From assembly GCA_002633005.1 (NCBI GenBank), contig NMRA01000450.1:1-64000 (forward strand): a DNA stretch of 64,000 bases, in the 5' to 3' direction. The notes beneath the pieces were generated by a model. The model was not told where the DNA came from. It saw nothing but the letters and a program-made list of their open reading frames with translations, and searched no databases. Shown here in pieces: positions 53,701 through 62,673 of this stretch (position 1 is its first letter; each line of letters opens with the position of its first letter). Source of the stretch: Phoronis australis (Eukaryota > Animalia > Phoronida). The translations under genes were made by a program, and so were the position numbers.

Positions 53701-56297
53701 TAATACTTTTCTGAGAGTAGAAACGTTTTTGAATATTGAAAGTGTCAACTTGAAACAACCTCTAACATCATAAAATTTATTTTTATAAGGTTTGACATGT
53801 ACTTAAATAAGCCAAATAATATTATTCACATTTGTCTAGAATTAGTCCTATTTATAACCATAAATCTCAGCACTTAGGTTCATGTGCCTGTGTATCCAAA
53901 CTCCATCAAAATATATGTAAACTACAGTTCTTTCAAGTGCAATTCTCTATCTGGGATTATTTATTTTGTTGTTATTTGTGCATTCCTAGGGTGTAATTGA
54001 CTAGAATTTCAACGTCTTTGTATTGTATCGGATAAGTGAATTTTCACTCAGATACTGTTTTATAAATTTGCTTCTTGATGATTCGCATTTGTTATCTCTA
54101 TGTACATGCGCATGGGCTTAAATAGGCCCAAATGGATATAGGATAATATATTCCTATCTACCTCCGTTAAAGCAATTATCGTGATGGTGAAAATTGTTTC
54201 AAGAAATGCCATTGCCTGAACACAGATCGCTTGCTGCATTGGCTATTTTGCCAAGAGCCTAGACATTCCGGATTTTATATTTACAGGATGCGAAGACATA
54301 TGGCACAACAAGACAGAGTGCCAAATGTGGGCCTCAATCGGCATGTGTTATTACCGAAAGACATGGATGTTAGCTCACTGCCGCGCCACCTGTCGGGCGT
54401 GCTCACAATCGGCTTCCTGCAAGAACAATTACAAGAATGAACTTGAATGTTATGTGTGGGCTACTACAGGCGAATGCAATGCTAACTTTGTCTTCATGTA
54501 TGAGAATTGCCGGTTAGCGTGTGGAATGTGTGGGGATTTTACGCGTCGTGAGTTTTGATTTTTCTGTCTTAAACTAAAATTGCATCCCTATTTTGAATTT
54601 CCAACTTAACACAGTTAATGACATTTAAAGTAATAGTTACCTTCCTTATCAAGCATTTCACCTGTCGTGCTTCTTTCCTTGGTACTTAACATTATTCTAG
54701 TAGTCCCCAGTCAACAAAAGCGCTGTTTCCTCCTATGCATCTTTAAAGAGCCTCAAAAATCGTGGGCAATTCTTGTACACCACTTACAAAATTCCATGTG
54801 TTTCTGGGGCTGATTTGAAAAATGTGTTCCCGATATTAGCATCCAATATCTGGATTATCCACACGGGCAAACTGTTCCAAGGCTCCATCTAGCCGTAGGC
54901 CGTTGTTCTCTGCTGCAAGATACCAAGATAATGCACGTTTTAACTGTGGTTGTCATTAGCTTCTTCTCCCCTCACTGTCAATCTCTAGAGACACTTCATC
55001 CCGCCCTGATGTATCGTATGGCTTCTGGAATTCTTCAGTGCCTTTCCTCATGTGGTTGTTGTCGCGCTCTGCCTCATCCCGTTGTAGGGGTTCAAAGTTA
55101 TAAACTTTATATCAGTCTGGTTGAACCAATCCTCCAACCCATCTCTATGAGGGTCCCTGAGGTGTTTATCCGAAAGGTTCTTCGTCTTACATCTCGGGAA
55201 TAAAAAGGTTGTGTAAACGATGATGGCCAATATCTCTGAAAAGCCGACCAACACAGGTGATCAATCTCTTTTGCTGATGTTATCGTAGTTGGTATTTCAA
55301 TCTCGTTCAACCAGAAGCATTATTTGCGTCATCTGATATCTTGGATATCGAGGAATTCTTTGGGATCATGATTCTCAATTTATTTTCTACAAACGTGCAA
55401 CAAACTCTCTGTAAGAAATCCTGATTAGGAAAACCCAGCATATCTCGTCCTGCAACACACTGTGTTATCTGAGGTCGTCTCTTCAATGTCTTGCATCAAT
55501 AAGTCTCCTACGCTAGAGACTCTTGTAAATAGGCCGCTGAATTTTAGAAATGATCTTACATGTACTTCAGCAACCTAAGGCAGCTATATGAAGCTTTATT
55601 TGGAAACTGCATGAAAAGCTTCCACATTTTGCTACATTTCAGCGTTCTGTCCCCCTGGTACTAAAAACGAATGCTTCGAACGTTCTCGAAGTGGTGCCTG
55701 TGATGACGACCCTATATATATGAACTTACATTGTCGCCGGACGTGTCATAAACAGATGTGCGCAGTTGGTGACTGCAAAAATAAATTTGACGAGAGTGAG
55801 TGTGCCTTTTGGGGAAACAAAGGTGAATGTCAACTCAACCCTGTTTTCATGTGGCGATATTGCAAAAAATCTTGCAAAAAGTATCTTTGCTTAGGTAAGT
55901 AAAGAACGATAACAGTACGACTTTCTGACGATAAAGACAATACTTTTTTAGAAAATTTCGATTATTTTCGCAAATTGTGGGGAGAAATCGTATGGTATTT
56001 TACTTATTTGCTACTTTTCAATAAAACTCTGAACTTGGGTTATGTGCCATATTTTAGTACCAGTCAGCACAATCTTTCAATTAAACAATTAGAACTCTGC
56101 CTGAAACAACGGCGGGTGTAGCTAGTCTATAACTAAAAATTCAGTAAATAACTTTATCAAAATGGACAATGGAATATTAGCTGCTACCCTCAGTCTCGTT
56201 ACTTTTTATAAGTTCATAGTGTACCAAAGTGCTCAATGTAAAAACGTTGTCCATGGGCAAAAATCATAGAAGGTCCAAAAACACTCCTGTTTTTGTA

Positions 56298-56339
<42 letters not shown>

Positions 56340-59300
56340 TTATATTTTTAAATCGCTTAAAACACGCATTTTATGTAACTGGGTGGCCAGCAAAGGCACG
56401 GGCCGCTCATAACTGACCACCGAGTAACAATGAATTAATTAGATATTAGTAGTTAAGAAGAACAATTTAAATAACAACGCGCATGTACATGTACCATGAA
56501 ATGAGATACAATGCAAGTTCGTTTAAAAACGTAAATTAACTGCATTTTACAAAGAATTAAACACGAGATTATTGTTACAAGGGAGACCGCACGGTTAGAA
56601 AAGCATGTGATTAGGATGTATGACAGGTGATCACGGTGACTTTAATTAGAACATGCATGACTATTTGAAACGTTACACTGAGAACTGCAAGTGCTTAACA
56701 TGTAGTTTTTGCATGGGTTCTCTAAGTGAACTATGAGTCTCGATTGTGTGTGTTACATATCTCGGGAGTAGATTCGGTATTTTGAAAACTAATGAATTTT
56801 CGCAACTTTTTTGTTGTAGCTGAGCACATTTAGGGTGTTTTGTTCATTGCATATTCTTGGAAGATCTCTTGGTGACTGATGGAACTGGAAAAGTTGTTAT
56901 CATGAAAGTAAATAGGCAACTGATCGTGTTTGAATTTGTAAAAGAATTTTAAGCAAGCTTGGTTATTCCCTGAAAATTAGTTCTGTGTATGAAATAAACC
57001 AAATATTGATAAAGTTTCTCAAAGCTTTTTTGCAGAAGCTTCAACTTCGTACAATTATTGAACCCTCATATTGTTATACCAAAGTGTAGATGTAAAAGGC
57101 ACATCTATCAGTTGAAGAAATACCAATTTGCATTAAAAAGTTACTTGTTGCTAAAATTATGTGTCCAATTTTCGTTTAAAAACATCTGAGTCTAACATTT
57201 GAAGTACAAAAAAAAGAAGTTTGAAAACAACTTCCATTTGGTCATTGATCCTGCAAAACCAAAAATATTTTCACATTTTAAATTAGTTTTTGAAACATAG
57301 TTGTCATAAAAATGTCACATTGTTACGTTTTTCCCCGTGTGTGGGTGGGCGCAGGTTGTTACAGACCGGTGCTAATAGCTTTCGGTGCGAAGATTGACTG
57401 AAGACTGGTTCGAGTTAATTCTTTATTAATCCCGACCGTACGTTCACAAGCCTACTCAAACAAAACGTACGACGTAATATCTGTTTATGCTCCAGCCAGT
57501 GCTGCGAAGCCTTGACTTGTGTTGAACTTTTGAGACGCTTTCAGCAACTGTTACACTCGTGGATTCAATAACCTGCTGTCTCTATAGCTGGCTCTCTATT
57601 GACTATCGCTGTAACTGCTGATTCTCTTCACTACAACTCAACTGTAGTTCTCCTGATTTACTTTCTTGAACTGACTTGATCTCCCGACTTGATCTTCTTG
57701 GACTCAACTGACTTTTTTCTGACTGACACAAACCCGTGCTTGTGTATTTATAGCCTAATGCATTGTTCTGGAACTTTACATCAATTCAAGCACATTCTAG
57801 AACTTTCTGGAACCTACCCAATCATTCTACAAACATGTACTAGTTTCTAGAATATTCCAGACTGCATTAATCACTGTCATGCTAGAGTCTTCTAGAAAGT
57901 TCCACACTATACTGTAGTAAACAAATTACATCATCACTGTTCTGACCTCAGTCTTCTAGAAAGTTCCACACTATTTTGTAGTAAACAAATTACATCATCA
58001 CTGTACTTAACTCAGGGGTCATGCCAATCCAACAGAATAACAAAACAAAACAATACAAATAAAAATACTGTCTGACCATATTCTGACACATGTATACCAG
58101 TACTTTTCGAATCTTTCACCAACATTTGCCAGAGTTGTGGGATAGTTGAGACACTCTTCTACTTGAAAACGATATATTTTTAGTTAATTGCAACCAATTT
58201 TTCAGTCTGCATTAAAGTTTAAAAAAGGTTTAAAACCAAATTTTTCGGAAAAACTGTTGCATGAGAAGAAATTTCCATTTCGTCAAATAAATGACCTAAG
58301 TATCTCACACCCTTTTCATTCCAAATAGTGTAAAATAATTAAGGTTTTACTCCAATTTGAACCTTCGTGTTATGCCATAAAAGAAGGGACAGTATCCTGT
58401 CATAATGCGACGAATACTTTCAGTTATCCAGTTGAGTAAATTATACGTACATAATTAAATCAATTACTGGACTTACGGATTGAGTTGGCTACGTTGCGTC
58501 CTCCTCTCGAGGACATCTCAGTGGCCTGTCGAAGGCCTTGAGGGGAGGACGCAAAGTAGCCAACTCAATTCCTAAGTCCAGTAATTGATTTAATTTTCTA
58601 CATAGTATCCTGTCATCTGCTTTGATCTCGTTTAATATCAAACCAAATTCAAATGTTGAAACAAGCACATTTTTTTTCAAAAAGGATTCACTGTGGAGTG
58701 GGCAAACATTTAAAAATAGTTTCCTCCATTGAACATATTTCCAATGACAAATTGAGATGAGTGCTGCAAAATTTCTATCCAGACCGAATTATTTTGATAA
58801 TTTATAATCTTTGTAACCATATTACTTTAAGAGTTTTTATAAAGCAAACTATCTAAACCATGTTGAGATCACAATTTTTATAATTCTGAACCATTGTCTT
58901 TCGAGAAATTTTATTTTTTTCTTACTCCAAATAAATATAGTTGTTTGATAAAATCGTCCTTCAGTGATGGGAGACTGAAGAAAAGATGTGTAAGCTTTGG
59001 CAATGCTAAAGATTTCACCACACAAATTTTCCTAGAACACTGAAGTATGTTCTAAACCAAGAGCGTAAGATATTCTGAATATCAATAAGTTCAATGAAGT
59101 TCAAACCAATGATGTCGTTTAGATTTACATTAAATTTAATCCCCAAAGTTGAAAATTCCATTTTCGACCATTTTAAAGGGTTTTTTTGCGAAATCATGTA
59201 TCCAGGTATTATATGAACAATATAACAACCTCTTGTCTATTTCTACAAGTTGCTATCGTTGCTAATTGTAACTTTAAGTTTGATAGGTTGCTGAAGCATT

Positions 59301-62300
59301 TTCATTGTTCCCTTCAGCTGAGTCCGAATGGTCCAAAGAAGAGATTTGCAAAAACACCATTAGGGACTGCGTAGCAAGAACTGCATACGGAGAGTGCATA
59401 ACCAATCCGGTACCCATGTCCAGGTTGTGCTTCCGGTCATGTACGAGGTGCGCTGGCCCAGGTACGGGTTTGCTGTTATGATATCTATATTGGTTGTTTC
59501 TGGCCATGCTAATTTTATACGATATACAGAAGTCTGAGTATTAAGTCAAATATCAACGAACCCATGTAAAAGTACCTATTTTCTGAAATTAGAAAGCCTG
59601 TGTAATTTAGTTTTTAAGGTTATACCAGTCTCCCACGTGGCGATGTCTTTTCATTAAAATTTAGCTCTAACTATGGTATCAATAAGATATCCAAATTTCG
59701 TTTCATAGAAATGTTCACCATGAAATCTCAAAAACGCTGTTACAGTTAAATTAACTTCCTGAGTGGACGAGCCGCTCCTTGAGAAGGACGTCTCAGGAGT
59801 TCTAGTACAGTTCGCACCCAAAGACTGGTTACGCTATCGTGACGTTGACATGTATTCACTCACACTTAACTAGTATTAGCGCTAAAGAAAAACGAATTCG
59901 TAATTTAAATTGCCAGAACCATCAAAAAGTTGAAAAGCATGAACATGGCCGATCAAGATTTGCTACGTAGTTGAAGTCGTGTCAAATATGGCGCATTTGG
60001 CACGCGCGGTTTTGAGCAGAGCGTTCGTTACACTTATCCTTTATTCTGGTTTTCTGCTAAAAACATTAAACGTACACACGCCATATCATAGATGCCGAAT
60101 GTGTTGACGACGAGAAATGGTGCAATGTGTTCACTGACTGCGTAAATCAATACCGATGGATACGTGCATGTCGAAAAACATGTGGCCTATGTGGTGATGA
60201 GGGCTCAATGCTTGTTTTACCTTGTGAAAACAAGGCTGGTGATCTGAAATGCATCACGTGGGCTAAAGATGGCAAATGCAACTCGAACACTTTGTGGATG
60301 GCTCATAACTGCAGGAAGGCTTGTGGAATGTGTGATACGGAAACATGTAAGTCAAACATCAATTGGAAGATTAATTGGGGAATGTGTGATACGACAACAT
60401 GTGAAGCAAACATCAGTTGTGAGATTGCTGAATATCTCAAACTTGGAAGTCGTGTGCAAATTGGTAGACTCATTGTAAAAGTTGTATAAACGGAAGCACG
60501 TTGGATAACACAAGTTGGTGGATAAAATGTTGAATATGAGAAACAGTAACATGCATAACAAATACCACTTAGTACAGGTAGCTAAACACTGAAATGGAAA
60601 GGTAACAGGGCCATGCGAAGAGTGCACCAATACATCACTTACATTGTAGTCACTGCTTAAAGCGCATCCTTTAGTCGAATTTCATCGCTGCTGATATGTA
60701 CGCCTGCGCGGTACTTCGAGAAAACCTAAACGAAAACATGTGACGGAAGGGATGGATTCGGGTAGGGTTGGATGGAGTAAAATACATATAAGTATTCCGA
60801 GGTCCGCCTTCGCAAAATCAACACTACCTCAATCGAATCTGTAATCACCATCACATCCCGTATCCCACACTTTGCCCACTTCGACTCGCCAAAGTCTCGC
60901 TTTTTCAATTCCCTGACTTCACTCTGACTTTGGGTACGTCATTATGAAAACCTCGTGTAAGCAAAATAACTTTCAACACAGTTAGTCGAAATTACGTGCC
61001 AAACTTGTTGATACATTTTTCTACTAAGGATATGCGTTCGTGCGTGCTTGCGTGCGTGCGCATCTTGCAGGAATGGGAAAAAGTAAACTGATAATTGCCA
61101 TGATTTGTTGTGGAATGAAGTTATGAGTATGGAACTGTAATTGCGAAATGTAGCTATAGCGTTTTTAAGAGATGTTTTGAACAAGAATTTCTGTGTAGTC
61201 CAAGTGCCGTGTGTTCACTGTTGATGGAGGCAAAGTACACGTTCCTCTCCACTTGTTACAGGTTTTGATCGCTTCGCTGAACATAACTGTAAGGCAATCA
61301 AAGACAAGGGGCAATGCCAAAAACCCAATAAATTCTACTCGTTAATTGCAAAGAGATATTGCGCCAAAACCTGCCACTTATGTGACAAAGACATCGGTGC
61401 AGTGACTAGAACGCCACAAGGTATAATTGTGATTTAAGCTGTAAATTTGGAAATACCTAATTGTAATTGTAAATGTGTTTTACACTACTTAAACCGGAGC
61501 TGCTGTGCTGGGTAATCGCAAACGCAGTGTGTGTTCAAGGCTCCTTTTAAAGCGATGTAAAACTGATCAAACAAGGCGATTTGTGACGACAATGATTCTA
61601 AGCGATACATGTCGGAAGTACGCCACAATATCCATTACAACATCGTATGGGGTAAGTGTGGTACCGAAATCAGGGGCAGACTCAGAATTTTTTAAAACAG
61701 GAGGGTCGGATCAAGTATTTTTTTAAAGAGGGAGACCAAGATAACAATATGAAATTTCTAGATTTGATATAACAAAAAATACAGGGGGAAAAGTGGGTCC
61801 GGTCCCCTTTGACCCCTGCATCCGCTTATGAAAATAACTAATGTAATTAAATGGAGTAAGCTTTGTTTTCTTATTAATTAAAAAGACTTGTCCCAGGGCT
61901 AGCATTGACCACTATAACAATGTATATTAGACTCGGAGCAAACACTGTAATCATAAAGTAGTTATCTTGTAGTCTGGTATTTTTGCTGTAGATATCGTTG
62001 TGGAAATTGCTTTCATTACTCCAATTTTGGTACTGTAACTTGAGTAGCCCCATAAAGTTAGTTGTAAAATATTTATGTGCGTCCGGAAACTGACGCGGCC
62101 TTGCATTATCTGATCTTTTATCTGGCCCCATTGTTTAACCCTTCATGTTTAATTAAAGGTAACTGTGTTGATATAATGAAACCGAAATCTGACCCCAATG
62201 CGTGCCGAACACATGGAATCAGTGTGTGCAGAACCTCCACCTTTTGGTGCCGAAGAGAAGCAGCCTATGGTTCATGCGATACCAGCGACGAAATTCGAAG

Positions 62301-62332
62301 AAAGTGTTACAATACATGTTTCTGCGATACGT
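29381..62332 (+). CDS. Astacin-family (peptidase M12A) zinc metalloprotease with EGF-like module and at least 11 ShK domains; 15 exons; first exon not located; 3' end beyond the window
   Basis: All exons have AG/GT boundaries and join in frame with no stops. Prodomain ELDM, furin site RRRLKR|A, WPDATMPY, zinc motif [19 protein letters not shown], Met-turn SVMHY, LSFFDIKEINILYSC, EGF-like CTDGGFVDKTCQCLCPDG, then tandem ShK domains. Confidence 0.92.
30828..30975 (+). CDS. Astacin-ShK gene: prodomain exon with Asp-switch-like ELDM
   Basis: ttgcAG...TT|GTAAGT. Encodes IERVKNGTLANAETSDESDFILAELDMKLTLEQMALLYPDRFRRMKGTT. Phase 1 to phase 2. Confidence 0.85.
31757..33065 (-). mobile_element. Kolobok-like DNA transposon derivative with a THAP-domain relic
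   Basis: TTAA|AGG left end. Inverted repeats aaaatacggttc.ttgattatcc.agac at both ends. Minus-strand ORF 32593-32847 reads CVPGC..IHRFPKDDRLCR..W..N, a THAP pattern. Confidence 0.7.
33213..33310 (+). CDS. Astacin-ShK gene: furin site and start of catalytic domain
   Basis: ttcAG...GTAAGT boundaries. Encodes LSHRRRLKRASATKGPALWPDATMPYTVEEFSW. Confidence 0.88.
33640..35355 (+). mobile_element. Decayed, internally deleted Ty3/Gypsy pol fragment (RT-RNaseH-integrase)
   Basis: YTASGDAYTRRFDE, KCVEDTLLW, RSWFGLLNQV, TTD*SKTVLGFWLLQKHC, EALAVAD, VDHKP, DSAPEFTS..WDVHHRV. Frameshifted. Confidence 0.85.
37295..37494 (+). CDS. Astacin-ShK gene: catalytic domain exon
   Basis: tttaAG...GTAAGT boundaries. 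Encodes DRDDAKILRMAMSEWEAYTCFKFKPKT..GCVSAYG..QYIGLSEEGCRF. Confidence 0.92.
38492..38692 (+). CDS. Astacin-ShK gene: zinc-binding and Met-turn exon
   Basis: Encodes [40 protein letters not shown]. Donor GTAAGG. Confidence 0.96.
39654..39804 (+). CDS. Astacin-ShK gene: end of catalytic domain
   Basis: acacAG...GTGAGT boundaries. Encodes AFGIVDPDTNMQQQTIFAHDPTNDDLMGIVKYKTLSFFDIKEINILYSCN. Confidence 0.92.
41748..41870. repeat. (AAT/GAT/AGT)n trinucleotide microsatellite
   Basis: aataataataat..gataatgataat..agtaatagtaat seen directly. Confidence 0.9.
42025..42270. mobile_element. PIF/Harbinger-like MITE
   Basis: CAG flanks both ends (42022-24 and 42271-73). Imperfect TIRs gggcgcattccaacaaactgactta / tatgtcagttttcggaacgggact. 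Internal cttaag repeats. Confidence 0.55.
44600..45290 (-). mobile_element. Decayed LINE (I/LOA-like) 3' fragment
   Basis: SLAR.. (RNase H end-like), GHWPLNW..LG..C and C..E.T..HY relics of the C-terminal CCHC region. Confidence 0.3.
45360..45482 (+). CDS. Astacin-ShK gene: EGF-like exon
   Basis: tttttAG...GTACGT boundaries. Encodes KHCNRLPRCTDGGFVDKTCQCLCPDGNRNCQVGGRKGERVT. Confidence 0.88.
46480..46632 (+). CDS. Astacin-ShK gene: ShK domain 1
   Basis: Encodes CKNRYRNEMECEKWARENQCQINPIFMIPNCMKSCKRC. Donor GTAAAT, with an alternative in-phase donor after 46611. Confidence 0.9.
46978..47112 (+). CDS. Astacin-ShK gene: ShK domain 2
   Basis: ttttcAG...GTGAGT boundaries. Encodes CSNPLGDEECRDLAYAYYCNINPVYMLVYCPQACGWC. 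Confidence 0.9.
48561..53150 (-). mobile_element. Decayed Ty3/Gypsy LTR retrotransposon (gag-PR-RT-RH-INT)
   Basis: gag FIVREQFKF..ESVQELAAR; protease DVDTGS; RT LPFGISSAPGYFQ and YLD(C)ILV; RNase H YSQIHQEALAIIFALKQFHQF..TDH; integrase TGAPYHPVTN..ERLVQSFK. A PPT-like tract then TG at about 48560 would start a 3' LTR. Unrelated insertion at about 51330-51790. Confidence 0.92.
53228..53295. mobile_element. Isolated Kolobok-like terminus, same family as 31757-33065
   Basis: gtctgggataaccaattaaccttattt..aaaaaggttgccttcccct|TTAA matches the reverse complement of the 31757 terminus. Confidence 0.65.
54287..54547 (+). CDS. Astacin-ShK gene: ShK domains 3-4
   Basis: Encodes CEDIWHNKTECQMWASIGMCYYRKTWMLAHCRATCRAC and CKNNYKNELECYVWATTGECNANFVFMYENCRLACGMC. 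Donor GTGAGT. Confidence 0.92.
55643..55894 (+). CDS. Astacin-ShK gene: ShK domains 5-6
   Basis: Encodes CPPGTKNECFERSRSGACDDDPIYMNLHCRRTCHKQMC and CKNKFDESECAFWGNKGECQLNPVFMWRYCKKSCKKYLC. Donor GTAAGT. Confidence 0.92.
56298..56336. repeat. (GA)n microsatellite
   Basis: Seen directly. Confidence 0.95.
57321..58088. mobile_element. Probable solo LTR inserted into the LINE
   Basis: TGTTACG...TCTGACA ends. Internal tttatag (TATA on the minus strand) next to ttctagaa repeats, and a ~73-bp internal tandem duplication. Target-site duplication not clean. Confidence 0.5.
58404..58603. mobile_element. Hairpin-forming insertion flanked by a 13-bp direct repeat
   Basis: agtatcctgtcat at 58391-58403 and 58604-58616. 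Near-perfect stem of about 65 bp, aattaaatcaattactggactta..gttggctac..gcgtcctcc. Confidence 0.75.
59318..59461 (+). CDS. Astacin-ShK gene: ShK domain 7
   Basis: ccttcAG...GTACGG boundaries. Encodes AESEWSKEEICKNTIRDCVARTAYGECITNPVPMSRLCFRSCTRCAGP. Confidence 0.88.
60092..60346 (+). CDS. Astacin-ShK gene: ShK domains 8-9
   Basis: Encodes CVDDEKWCNVFTDCVNQYRWIRACRKTCGLC and CENKAGDLKCITWAKDGKCNSNTLWMAHNCRKACGMC. Donor T|GTAAGT. Confidence 0.92.
61262..61420 (+). CDS. Astacin-ShK gene: ShK domain 10
   Basis: ttacAG|GT TTT. Encodes (C)FDRFAEHNCKAIKDKGQCQKPNKFYSLIAKRYCAKTCHLCDKDIGAVTRTPQ. Confidence 0.88.
62159..62332 (+). CDS. Astacin-ShK gene: atypical 8-Cys ShK-like domain 11
   Basis: Encodes NCVDIMKPKSDPNACRTHGISVCRTSTFWCRREAAYGSCDTSDEIRRKCYNTCFCDT. 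Donor GTGAGT. Confidence 0.8.
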
Positions 62333-62563
62333 GTGAGTAGGTGTAACATCTTTACGTCGTGCTGCATTCCGTTTGTTTAGTCAGTATCAATCACATGAAA
62401 TCGCTACAAACTGTTCACTTGAACATCATGTTAATAGCTGCTAATGTAACACGACAATAACTTGGCTTATCACGTTTCGTACAATGCCGAATGTTTTTAT
62501 TTTGGCTGATAATGCAACTATCACAAAAATTCGGGGTCTTGAAGATAGATTATTTGATGGCGA

Positions 62564-62673
62564 AGTCGTTATCCCCTATATTCTAGAGCCCGAGTGGATT
62601 TTGGAGAATTATCGCCCTAGGGGCGGTAACTCTCCAAAATCCACGAGGGTTCTAGATAGGGGGGATAACGACT
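62564..62673. repeat. 110-bp near-perfect palindrome
   Basis: agtcgttatcccc..tctagagccc..gtggattttggaga..gccc|ta|gggc..tctccaaaatccac..gggttctaga..ggggataacgact. Confidence 0.8.

Larger units (their letters stand above)
56700..59250 (-). mobile_element. Decayed L1/Tx1-like LINE ORF2 (after RT to zf-RVT), interrupted by later insertions
   Basis: KSLALPKLTHLF.SLP and LWHNTKVQIG..FYTIWNEKGVRYLGHLFDE.GNF.S..F.EKF motifs on the minus strand. Confidence 0.65.
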
